A DNA stretch of 64,000 nucleotides from Pseudanabaena sp. ELA645 (GTDB taxonomy: Bacteria > Cyanobacteriota > Cyanobacteriia > Pseudanabaenales > Pseudanabaenaceae): assembly GCA_037129985.1 (NCBI GenBank), contig JBAXTW010000002.1, positions 14,904-78,903 on the forward strand, read 5' to 3'. A program made the position numbers and the translations under genes. Shown here one piece after another: positions 36,926-45,785 of this stretch. A model generated the notes under the pieces. The model did not search any database and was not told the DNA's origin. It was given only the letters and a program-made list of their open reading frames with translations. The number at the start of each line of letters is the position of its first letter. The first letter of the stretch is position 1.

Positions 36926-37915
36926 ATGATGAAACTACTAATTGGCATTTGCTGTGACCTCAAAGTGGATTATCTCAAATTAGGTTTCAGTACAACTGAA
37001 GTAATGGAATTTGATGATGAAGAAACAATTATTGGAATAGAAAAGGCGCTCACTGATTTAGGACATCAGGTGGAACGAATTGGGAATGGCAGAGAACTAG
37101 CACGCAAATTAGTAAATGGCGATCGCTGGGACTTGGTATTCAATGTGGCTGAAGGAGTAAAGGGGCGATCGCGGGAAGCTCAAGTTCCCGCAGTTTGTGA
37201 GTTATTTGACCAGCCTTACACATTTTCTGACCCATTAACCTGTGCCTTAACTCTAGATAAAGCCTTGGCTAAGAGAATAGTCCGCGATCGCGGACTTCCT
37301 ACGGCTCCTTTTATGGTGATAGATAATATTAACCAAATCGAGAATGTGGATCTGCCCATGCCACTTTTTTGCAAACCGATTTCGGAAGGAAGTTCTAAGG
37401 GCATAACTGCGCGATCGATGGTGACAGCAAAATCCGAACTCTTAGAGATTTACCAAACATTATCCAGCCAAATTCAACAACCGATGCTAATCGAGCCGTT
37501 TCTCTCTGGTCAAGAGGTAACAGTTGGTATTCTCGGTAATGGGGAAAAGGCGAAAGTAGTTGGTGTAATGGAAATTATTTTCAACGACCGAGCAGAAACT
37601 AAAGCCTATACTACCCTCAATAAAAAGGAATATTTGGACAGAATTGATTATCGGTTGCTAAGCCACGCTGAACCATTAAACACACAAGCAGAGAAACTAG
37701 CTTTAGATGTCTATCATATTTTCGGCTGTCGTGACGCAGCCCGTGTCGATTTGCGTTGTGATGCATCAGGAATATTACAGTTCTTGGAAATTAATCCTTT
37801 ACCAGGACTAGATCATATTTATTCAGATTTGCCAATTATGGGGCGTTTATTAGGGATAAAATACATAGAAATTATTAATATTATTGTTAGTGCGGCATGG
37901 GAAAGATATCAATAA
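36926..37915 (+). CDS. ATP-grasp ligase of the D-alanine--D-alanine ligase family
   Basis: The ATG lies 8 nt after the kamA stop. Ddl-like motifs: DLVFNVAEG, LDKALAKRI, LFCKPISEGSSKGI, VDLRCD, LEINPLPGL. Confidence 0.8.
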   Translation: MMKLLIGICCDLKVDYLKLGFSTTEVMEFDDEETIIGIEKALTDLGHQVERIGNGRELARKLVNGDRWDLVFNVAEGVKGRSREAQVPAVCELFDQPYTFSDPLTCALTLDKALAKRIVRDRGLPTAPFMVIDNINQIENVDLPMPLFCKPISEGSSKGITARSMVTAKSELLEIYQTLSSQIQQPMLIEPFLSGQEVTVGILGNGEKAKVVGVMEIIFNDRAETKAYTTLNKKEYLDRIDYRLLSHAEPLNTQAEKLALDVYHIFGCRDAARVDLRCDASGILQFLEINPLPGLDHIYSDLPIMGRLLGIKYIEIINIIVSAAWERYQ

Positions 37916-37927
37916 AAAGGAATAGAA

Positions 37928-39655
37928 ATGAATATTTTTAATTTCGTTATTGTTGTGATCAAATATATTTATCCATATCGATGGATGGGATTATTTCTGA
38001 TTTTAGGTAGAGTATTTGAGGCGATATTTAATACTGGAGTTGGTGTCAGTTTCGAGTTTATTATTGACCATGCAATTATTCCCCAAGATTATGATTTGCT
38101 GATTTTTATTTTTTTGTTACTTGGCAGTGGTGCTATTTTATTGACAATCATTACTTGGTTAATTGATTATTTTGATGCTCGATTTAGTATTCTTGTTCTT
38201 AATGATATCCGTCAATCTTTATTTGTTCATCTTCAAAAATTGCCAATGGATTTCTTTGGCAAAAATTCAACAGGAAATGTTCTCAATTGTTTTTTGGCTG
38301 ATGCTGAAAAGCTTGAAGATAGTATTATTTACGGGATGACAGTCATATTCTCTAATGTTACTAATATTCTATTTTCAGGCATTTATCTTTTTTGTCTTAA
38401 TTGGCAGTTAGCTCTGCTAAGTATCTTGGGTTTACTCGTCTGTGGCTTTGCTCCAACTATAATCATTCAATTTGCAACTGAGGCAGGATACGCTCTTAGA
38501 CAAAAGGAAGGAACTATTGCAGGATTACTAGCAGAAAATATTCTTTCCCAGCCTGTAATTAAGATATTTAGTTTAGAAGATAAAATGTCAGATAGTTTCT
38601 CCAAACAATTAGAGGAGTTGAAGGAAGTATATATCAAATCTAAATTTTTATCCTACTTAGTACAGAGAATTCCTAGAATTACGTTTATTTTAGTGCAGCT
38701 AATAATTTTAGGTATAAGTTCAGCCATGACCTATTGGCATTGGATTTCTGTAGGAATATTAGTTTCTAATCAAGTATTACTGATTGGGCTACATTCAACG
38801 ATTGATAACTTTAGTTGGGGTTTGCCATATTTAGTGAATGGGGCTGCGGCAATGCAAAGAATTCAAGAGATTTTGCAACAGGTTCCCACAATCCAAGATA
38901 GACCAGATGCTTTGGTATTACAGCCTTTTCAACAGTCAATTTGTTTTGAAGATGTTTCATTCAAATATACTGAGGAAGGTAGAGGTATTGAAAATTTATC
39001 CTTGACAATTAATCGCGGTGATTTTGTTGTGTTTGTCGGATCTAGTGGTGCGGGTAAAAGTACGATTGTGAATTTACTAACACGATTTTATGAGCCGCAA
39101 TCAGGCAAAATTTTAGTTGATGGTGTGGATTTAAGCTTGGTGTCATTGCGATCGCTACGTTCTCAAATTGGTTTGGTATCTCAAGAAGTAATTTTGTTTA
39201 ATGACTCACTGCGTCAAAATATTCGCATGGGCAATTTAGAAGCTACCGATGCACATGTGGAAGCCGCCGCCAAAGCCGCAGAAATTCATGATTTCATCTT
39301 AACTTTGCCACAGGGGTATGATACGCCAGTAGGCGATCGGGGAGGACAGTTATCTGGTGGACAGCGCCAAAGGATTGCTTTAGCTAGAGCCTTGGTGAGA
39401 GATCCCGCTATCCTAATTCTAGATGAAGCCACCTCTGCCTTAGATACCGTAACGGAATCAGAAATTCTAGCTACTCTTCAAAAATTTGCTAGAGAAAGAA
39501 CGGTCATTATTATCACCCACCGACTCACACAAGCCTTACAAGCCGATATGATTTTTGTGTTAGAACAGGGACGAATTGTTTCTTGTGGTTGTCATAATGA
39601 TTTGATAGAGCAGCAAGGGCTATATTTTAATTTGTGGCAGTTAGTGACAAAGTGA
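37928..39655 (+). CDS. ABC transporter permease/ATPase (type I exporter, MsbA/MdlB-like)
   Basis: Six-TM N-terminal half. Walker A GSSGAGKST, signature LSGGQRQRIALARAL, Walker B ILILDEATSALD. It starts 12 nt after the ATP-grasp stop. Confidence 0.88.
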   Translation: MNIFNFVIVVIKYIYPYRWMGLFLILGRVFEAIFNTGVGVSFEFIIDHAIIPQDYDLLIFIFLLLGSGAILLTIITWLIDYFDARFSILVLNDIRQSLFVHLQKLPMDFFGKNSTGNVLNCFLADAEKLEDSIIYGMTVIFSNVTNILFSGIYLFCLNWQLALLSILGLLVCGFAPTIIIQFATEAGYALRQKEGTIAGLLAENILSQPVIKIFSLEDKMSDSFSKQLEELKEVYIKSKFLSYLVQRIPRITFILVQLIILGISSAMTYWHWISVGILVSNQVLLIGLHSTIDNFSWGLPYLVNGAAAMQRIQEILQQVPTIQDRPDALVLQPFQQSICFEDVSFKYTEEGRGIENLSLTINRGDFVVFVGSSGAGKSTIVNLLTRFYEPQSGKILVDGVDLSLVSLRSLRSQIGLVSQEVILFNDSLRQNIRMGNLEATDAHVEAAAKAAEIHDFILTLPQGYDTPVGDRGGQLSGGQRQRIALARALVRDPAILILDEATSALDTVTESEILATLQKFARERTVIIITHRLTQALQADMIFVLEQGRIVSCGCHNDLIEQQGLYFNLWQLVTK

Positions 39656-39666
39656 ATAATGTCGAG

Positions 39667-40725
39667 CTACCTTTGTACCTTGCCATCGGGAAGAGTCGCA
39701 CCTTTGAGAATTGCGCCGACAATATTAGCACTGCTTAACTCCGCCCGATTGAGAAGAGCATCGGTTAAATCAGCACTTGCCAGATTAGTCCGTGCCAGAT
39801 AAGCTTCAATCAAATTTACCCGCACCATAATTGCACCTCTAAGATCAGCACGACTGAGATCCGCACGAGATAACTTCACATCGGTTAAATCAGTTCCCTG
39901 CATCTGGACTCGGCTTGCTTTCACATCTGGCATTACCGCACTGCGTAACGACACACCATTAAAATCAGCATCCAGCAAAATCGCTCGTTCTAGCTTGGCA
40001 TTATTTAAAATCGCTCCCGTGAGAACCGCCGAAGTCAAATTTGCTTCGGTCAGGAAAATCCCCTGCATATTTGCCCCATTCAGTTTTGCTTCACTGAGAT
40101 TCGCCCCATTGAGAGTTGCTTCACTGAGATTCGCGCCACGCAAATCAGCTTTATGGAGATTTGCTCCAGATAAATTTGCGCCACGCAGATCGACCTCAGT
40201 GAGATTTGCGCCCACTAAACTAGCGCTGCTACGTTTCTTTTTATTTGGATCAATTTCATGTTGATCGCCAACCGCCCGTTCTTGTCTGAGATTCGCGCCC
40301 CGCATACAAGCACCAATAAGAGTCGCACCATTTAAATTAGCGGTTCGCATATCAGCATCGATTAAGTTGGCATCCATCAGGTTTGCAAGGCTGAGATTCG
40401 TGCCAAAGAGTGTCGCACCTTGAAGACTTGCTCCATGCAAATCAGCGTTGGATAGATTGACGTTACTTAGGCTGGCTTGATTGAGATTTGCGCCACAGAG
40501 ATTTGCCCCAGTCATGATCGCGCCGCGCATATTCGCACGGGTTAAGCAAGCAAAGGTCAAGATCGTGCTATGCAAATAAGCTTTAGACAAGTTGACATCT
40601 AACCAATCAGTACGGCTAAGATTTGCACCACTAAGTTTAATGCCACTTATATTCAGTCCACTAAAGTCGCGATCGCCATTAGCATAACGGCGCAAAATAT
40701 CTAAATGAGTAATTGCTGATTGCAT
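39667..40725 (-). CDS. Pentapeptide-repeat protein
   Basis: Long A(D/N)LxG arrays (ANLSGANLHKADLRGANLSEATLNGANLSEAKLNGANMQG). Start set at the ATG at 40725, because the ORF-track extension runs through the hairpin at 40823-40871. Confidence 0.85.
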   Translation of the reverse strand: MQSAITHLDILRRYANGDRDFSGLNISGIKLSGANLSRTDWLDVNLSKAYLHSTILTFACLTRANMRGAIMTGANLCGANLNQASLSNVNLSNADLHGASLQGATLFGTNLSLANLMDANLIDADMRTANLNGATLIGACMRGANLRQERAVGDQHEIDPNKKKRSSASLVGANLTEVDLRGANLSGANLHKADLRGANLSEATLNGANLSEAKLNGANMQGIFLTEANLTSAVLTGAILNNAKLERAILLDADFNGVSLRSAVMPDVKASRVQMQGTDLTDVKLSRADLSRADLRGAIMVRVNLIEAYLARTNLASADLTDALLNRAELSSANIVGAILKGATLPDGKVQR

Positions 40726-40822
40726 GATGGACAGCCTTAAATTACAGCCAACTGAACTATATAGCTTTTTAAAGTACCTTGCACTCACAGCCAGTCGAAA
40801 ATCGATTGCTACTCCCGTCCTT

Positions 40823-40871
40823 CTAAAGAAATAGGAGTGCGGGGCGAAGTCCCGCACTCCTATTTCTTTAG
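40823..40871. repeat. Hairpin with 21-bp perfect stem
   Basis: CTAAAGAAATAGGAGTGCGGG-GCGAAGT-CCCGCACTCCTATTTCTTTAG, in the divergent intergenic region between the pentapeptide gene and thrC. Confidence 0.75.
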
Positions 40872-40994
40872 CCAATCAATACCAGACTAAAATAGTCTGG
40901 TATATTTGACGACTATAAATGCTTGTGTTAAGGTTTGTCTCAGTAGAAAAAATAAAAACAAAAACCTTTATTGATCAAAAGGGATACTAAGAAC

Positions 40995-42302
40995 ATGACA
41001 GCAACGATTGTTTCTCCTTACATCAGCGATCGCCTTGAAACATTTAGCAATCTCCAATGCAAAGAGTGCGGCACAAAATACGAAGCTAAGGCGATGCACG
41101 TTTGCGAATTGTGCTTTGGTCCCTTAGAAGTTGCCTATAACTACGATGTGATCGCATCTAGAGTCAGCCGCGAAACCATCCAAGCGGGGCCCCTGTCAAT
41201 CTGGCGTTATCGTGAATTCTTGCCAGTCAAGACTGAAAATTATATTGATGTATCCACGGGCATGACTCCCTTACTCAAGGCTAACCGTCTTGCCAAGCGT
41301 CTCGGTATCAAAAACCTCTACATTAAAAATGATGCCGTAAATATGCCTACCTTGAGCTTCAAGGATCGCGTAGTTTCCGTTGCCCTCAGCCGTGCGCGTG
41401 AACTAGGTTTTACCACTGTTGCTTGTGCTAGTACTGGCAACCTTGCCAACTCCACCGCCGCGATCGCGGCTCACGCAGGATTGGAGTGTTGTGTCTTCAT
41501 CCCCTCCGACCTCGAAGCAGGTAAAGTCCTTGGTACAACCATCTACAATCCCAAAGTTTTCTCCGTGCATGGTAACTACGACCAAGTAAACCGCCTTTGC
41601 TCCGAAGTTGCCAATACCCACGGTTGGGGCTTTGTGAATATCAATCTCCGTCCATACTATTCCGAAGGTTCCAAGACTCTCGCCTATGAAGTCATCGAAC
41701 AACTCGGCTGGAAACTTCCCGATCATATTGTCGCTCCTTTGGCTTCTGGTTCACTATTCACCAAGATTTATAAAGGCTTCAATGAATTTGTGAAGGTTGG
41801 CTTAGTAGATGATAAATCAGTGCGATTCAGTGGCGCACAAGCCGAAGGTTGCTCACCGATCGCTGCTGCTTACAAAGAAGGTCGTGATTTCATCACCCCT
41901 GTTAAGCCTAAAACGATCGCTAAGAGTTTGGCGATCGGCAATCCTGCTGATGGTATCTATGCGATCGATATCGCGCACAAGACTAACGGCAACATCGAAT
42001 CGGTTAATGATGATGAAATCATCGAAGCGATGAAGTTACTTGCCGAAACTGAAGGAATCTTCACGGAAACTGCTGGAGGAACCACGATCGCTGTCCTCAA
42101 GAAACTAGTGGAAGCTGGCAAGATCGATCCCGATGAAGTAACTGTCGTTTACATCACAGGCAATGGTTTAAAGACCCAAGAAGCAATTCAAGGTTATGTG
42201 GGCGAACCATTTCTGATTGAACCTAAGCTTGATAGCTTTGAACGAGCGCTAGAGCGTTCTCATACTCTAGACAAGTTAGAGTGGCAGACTGTTGCTGTTT
42301 AA
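40995..42302 (+). CDS. thrC: Threonine synthase (long form with N-terminal zinc ribbon)
   Basis: CKECG...CELCFGPLEV ribbon, PLP lysine context PTLSFKDRV, and GNLANS. Confidence 0.9.
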   Translation: MTATIVSPYISDRLETFSNLQCKECGTKYEAKAMHVCELCFGPLEVAYNYDVIASRVSRETIQAGPLSIWRYREFLPVKTENYIDVSTGMTPLLKANRLAKRLGIKNLYIKNDAVNMPTLSFKDRVVSVALSRARELGFTTVACASTGNLANSTAAIAAHAGLECCVFIPSDLEAGKVLGTTIYNPKVFSVHGNYDQVNRLCSEVANTHGWGFVNINLRPYYSEGSKTLAYEVIEQLGWKLPDHIVAPLASGSLFTKIYKGFNEFVKVGLVDDKSVRFSGAQAEGCSPIAAAYKEGRDFITPVKPKTIAKSLAIGNPADGIYAIDIAHKTNGNIESVNDDEIIEAMKLLAETEGIFTETAGGTTIAVLKKLVEAGKIDPDEVTVVYITGNGLKTQEAIQGYVGEPFLIEPKLDSFERALERSHTLDKLEWQTVAV

Positions 42303-42304
42303 CT

Positions 42305-42334
42305 AAAAAGGAGTCGCTTTGCGACTCCTTTTTT
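42305..42334. terminator. Bidirectional terminator between thrC and the FHA-cyclase gene
   Basis: AAAAAGGAGTCGC-TTTG-CGACTCCTTTTTT with A and T runs on both sides. Confidence 0.8.
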
Positions 42335-42343
42335 ATTTTTAAT

Positions 42344-43360
42344 TTATTTTTGAGAATCCAATTTCTTGATATATGTACCTAGCTGATTAAAAGTGCCAGC
42401 ATAGGTAATCGTGCGCGTACTGTAACCCTTAAGAGCAACTGAATATTGCTTAAGTGGTAGTAAAACCGCCGCGTAGGGTGTAAGTCCATAGGTAGCCGAT
42501 CCGATCGCCACATCTAGTTGCAGTTCTTTTGTTGATGACTCTAATCGAAAAGCAGAATTGACCGTATCACCGAGAGCCGTATAATCGGGATGCTCACTAG
42601 TACCCATCTGCCCTACCATCGCATGTCCCGTATTTACCCCCGCACCAACTCGTAATTGGAAGGGAAATTTAAACTGTTGGTTCAGTTCATTACTCATTTC
42701 ATATAGTTCATAAAGGGCGCGATAGACCTTAAGCATGTCCTGTGTCGATACCGTATCCGAGCTATTTTCGGTTTCATGAATCCAGACCGTCATGATCGCA
42801 TCGCCAATATATTTATCCACCCAGCTACCATAGCGATCGATTATTTCCCCAGCCCGACGAAACCAAGTACCGATCGCCTCTGAGAGAATATGTTCATCCA
42901 TTTGTTGAGTTAATTTTGTAAAGTCCCGAATATCGATCACCAAGACCGTAATCAGTCGTCTCCGATGCAGCATCGCTGTTGCCACGGCATCAGTCTCTTC
43001 AATTTCAGAGGGATCAACATTTGGGGCGGTCGTGGTTTCAGGACAATAAAACTCTAACTTGGTTTCCCCAAGGATAATGCGATCGCCATTTTTTAAATTC
43101 ACAGGGATAGTCACCCGTTTTCCATTGACAAAGGAGCCATTTCGACTCCCCAAATCAATCAGAAAATAATTGCTTTCACCAACAATTTGGAACATAGCGT
43201 GATTGCGCGATGCACATTTATCAGATAAGGGAATGTCATTCTCCGAGCCTCTTCCTAAATTCCAAGAGTGCGCGTTTACAAGAGGAATCTGTGTCGCACC
43301 TTGAGATCCGTGAAGTACGACATGTGGTTTATCATCCCAATTTATGACAGGCTGACTCAC
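42344..43360 (-). CDS. FHA-domain class III adenylate/guanylate cyclase
   Basis: N-terminal FHA (LGRGSENDIPL, SRNHA, DLGSRNGSFVNG) followed by the cyclase domain (VLVIDIRDFTKL, KYIGDAIMTV, ALGDTVNSAFRLES). GTG start. Confidence 0.85.
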   Translation of the reverse strand: MSQPVINWDDKPHVVLHGSQGATQIPLVNAHSWNLGRGSENDIPLSDKCASRNHAMFQIVGESNYFLIDLGSRNGSFVNGKRVTIPVNLKNGDRIILGETKLEFYCPETTTAPNVDPSEIEETDAVATAMLHRRRLITVLVIDIRDFTKLTQQMDEHILSEAIGTWFRRAGEIIDRYGSWVDKYIGDAIMTVWIHETENSSDTVSTQDMLKVYRALYELYEMSNELNQQFKFPFQLRVGAGVNTGHAMVGQMGTSEHPDYTALGDTVNSAFRLESSTKELQLDVAIGSATYGLTPYAAVLLPLKQYSVALKGYSTRTITYAGTFNQLGTYIKKLDSQK

Positions 43361-43700
43361 AAGGTTATTATCCCCTAATCATGAAATTTATAAGTGAGTT
43401 TGTGATTGACTTTACAATCGGTTGGTATTGCTAGAAGTTTTTCCTCTTGCTCAATATAACGTTTTTTGATTTTTGGCAATATAGCCAAAAGCCATAACCT
43501 TTTCGTTGGCAGCAGGCTTAAAAAATATTGTGATTATCTCAAAGTACAGCAGTTGCGGTTATCCATACCCAAAGCGAGAATAATAATCCTAAATAAGAAT
43601 GTTACGATCGCTACAAGCAAATGCAAAGGAATATATACCCATAAACATCAGCCCATAAACACCAGCCAACAAGCGACAATTAATATAGGGACGAAAACTC

Positions 43701-44078
43701 ATGAGATTTTACACATTTGACAATAATTTACCTAATGGTTCGGGGAATGGCTGGTCGGGGCTGCGTTTTTGGCTCACGGCTTTATTGATATTCTGGATAT
43801 TGAGTAGCATTGGTTTAGGTTGGCTAGTCAACTCTTTCTTTATACTGATTGGGCTAGTTACCTTTGTCCCTGTGATTGCTTTTTTCGGCTTGCAATGGTG
43901 GGTAAAACGCAGTATTGTCTCGGCGGACTGTCCCGTATGCGCTTCGACATTTACGGCTACGCGATCGAGTCAGTTTCAATGTCCTAGCTGTGGCGAACCA
44001 TTACAAGAACAGCAAAATAAATTTGTACGGCTAACTCCACCAGGCACAATCGATGTTGATGTTCAAGTTATTGATTAA
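43701..44078 (+). CDS. Hypothetical membrane protein with C-terminal zinc ribbon
   Basis: Two hydrophobic segments followed by CPVC...CPSC. Confidence 0.45.
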   Translation: MRFYTFDNNLPNGSGNGWSGLRFWLTALLIFWILSSIGLGWLVNSFFILIGLVTFVPVIAFFGLQWWVKRSIVSADCPVCASTFTATRSSQFQCPSCGEPLQEQQNKFVRLTPPGTIDVDVQVID

Positions 44079-44086
44079 AAAAATAG

Positions 44087-44214
44087 CCCTGTAATAAATT
44101 ACGGGCTGAAAGCTTAAACCCGTTGAAACGGGTTGATTAGCCAGATATCTTAATTAGTCTTATCAGTCAGTTTTAACTGACTTTAGCTTTAAGCCAATAA
44201 CTTTAGTTCTTGGT
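44087..44214. repeat. Multi-hairpin MITE-like repeat, copy 2 (inverted relative to 7648-7759)
   Basis: The reverse complement aligns end to end with copy 1, with about 25 extra internal bases. Confidence 0.75.
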
Positions 44215-44297
44215 TTGTTTGCGTAAGTCCTATAGGTATAAAATACTGGTAGCTTCACCTCATTATTTATACTTAGCGTTTAGCATAGGATGTCACC

Positions 44298-44747
44298 ATG
44301 CCATTGATTGCAACCGATAAAATTGTCAAAGACCTAGAAAAAGCAGGTGCTTTAGCAATGCGCGTTCCCCCTGAAGGTGGGTATGAAGGTCGCTACCAAC
44401 TGCGACTTAAGAATGCGGGTTATGAGATTCTTTTCATTACAGCGCGTGGTTTGGGTGATGTAAATAGCTATCTCACTGGTGTGCATGGTGTCCGTCCCTC
44501 TCACCTTGGCAAAACTGAGATTCGCACATATTTCATCCCCCCCGCCATCCAGTTTCGTCTCAATGCTTTGCCTCCTAACTCTAGGGGATTAGTCGTATGG
44601 CTAATCGAAGGTAAATATTTATCCCAAGAAGAATTAGATACTCTCAGTCAAATTCCCGATCGCGATCCCCGCGTCAAAATTGTGATCGAAGTCGGCAGCG
44701 ATCGCGCTGTCACATGGCAACCACTCAAGCAAACTGTTGCGGCTTAA
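44298..44747 (+). CDS. ndhN: NAD(P)H-quinone oxidoreductase (NDH-1) subunit N
   Basis: KDLEKAGALAMRVPPEGGYEGRYQLRLKNAGY...TARGLGDV..YLTGVHGVRPSHLGK closely parallels known cyanobacterial NdhN. Confidence 0.88.
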   Translation: MPLIATDKIVKDLEKAGALAMRVPPEGGYEGRYQLRLKNAGYEILFITARGLGDVNSYLTGVHGVRPSHLGKTEIRTYFIPPAIQFRLNALPPNSRGLVVWLIEGKYLSQEELDTLSQIPDRDPRVKIVIEVGSDRAVTWQPLKQTVAA

Positions 44748-44760
44748 TGCTTGCTGCTTA

Positions 44761-44789
44761 ATAAAAATGGCGCTTTGCGCCATTTTTAT
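44761..44789 (+). terminator. Rho-independent terminator of ndhN
   Basis: AAAAATGGCGC-TTTG-CGCCATTTTT. Confidence 0.8.
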
Positions 44790-44814
44790 TCTCAAAATAC
44801 ATTAGGAGCCAACC

Positions 44815-45456
44815 ATGATCGCTGTAAAACTCCCAAAACTACAAGTTCGAGCTGGTCAGAAATTGCTAATTAAAGATGTTAGTTGGCAAGAATTTGAAGA
44901 GATTTTAGACGAATTAGGCGAGCATCGCGCTTCACGGATTGCATATCATCAAGGGGATTTAGAGATTAGGATGCCACTTCCAGAACATGAGCGGAGCAAA
45001 ATCATCATTGCTGATTTAGTCAAAATCCTCCTCAATGAACTAGATATTGCCTATGAGCCTTATGGATCAACGACGTTTAAAAACCGCACTATGGCTCAGG
45101 GTATCGAGCCTGATGATTGTTTTTATATTCAAAACGCCCATCTCATGATTGGCAAAACCAAAATTGACCTAGAAATCGACCCACCTCCCGATCTAGCGAT
45201 CGAGGTAGATCTCACTTCAAAAACTCAGCTTTCGGTATATCAAGGACTTCAAGTACCCGAACTATGGCGATGGGAGAATAATCAACTCAGAATTGATGTC
45301 TGGCAAAACGGCGAATATGTGCGATCACCCATTAGTCCAACTTTCCCAGATATTCCAATTCTTGAAATTATTCCAAAATATTTAGGGTTAGCTAATACCA
45401 AAGGAACCAGCTTTGCCATGAAAGCATTTCTCGCAAACATTAAACAAAAAAGTTAA
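44815..45456 (+). CDS. Uma2-family (DUF820) putative restriction-type endonuclease
   Basis: VSWQEFEEIL..G..RASRIAYHQGDLEIRMP..EHE and PDLAIEV with ELW are typical of the Uma2 family, which is abundant in cyanobacteria. Confidence 0.8.
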   Translation: MIAVKLPKLQVRAGQKLLIKDVSWQEFEEILDELGEHRASRIAYHQGDLEIRMPLPEHERSKIIIADLVKILLNELDIAYEPYGSTTFKNRTMAQGIEPDDCFYIQNAHLMIGKTKIDLEIDPPPDLAIEVDLTSKTQLSVYQGLQVPELWRWENNQLRIDVWQNGEYVRSPISPTFPDIPILEIIPKYLGLANTKGTSFAMKAFLANIKQKS

Positions 45457-45785
45457 AAGTGAAAAAGGAGTTTTGATAAACAAATAAGGCGATCGCTAAC
45501 TGACGAGTGTTCGTAAATCTTCAAGTGGCTTTTTCGATAGTACCTGCACAATACGCAAACCATTCCCTATGACACTTTGATCGAAAAAGTTGATAAACTA
45601 ACTGCCAAACTGGCGATCGCTATCAAATCACCCGCATTCAACCAATCGACTTTTTCCCACAAACCTCTCACGTTGAGGCGATCGCTTTTCTTAAAAAGTC
45701 GTAAGCATGAGATATGACAGGCTATATAATGGCATCTAAGTAAGGATGAATTTATCAACTTGAGGCGAAACAAAAGGGATAAAGA

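Noticed and set aside
39995-40264. 89-aa plus-strand ORF antisense to the pentapeptide-repeat gene
   Set aside because: Its repetitive FAP/LRFAP translation is the antisense shadow of the A(D/N)LxG repeats.
43466-43720. 84-aa ORF upstream of the membrane/zinc-ribbon gene
   Set aside because: It has low-complexity, Lys/Ile-rich composition typical of AT-rich intergenic DNA, a non-ATG start and no motif.
45567-45773. 68-aa minus-strand ORF in the intergenic region upstream of the ATPase gene
   Set aside because: It has no motifs and sits where the promoter of the three-gene cassette is expected. It is probably non-coding.
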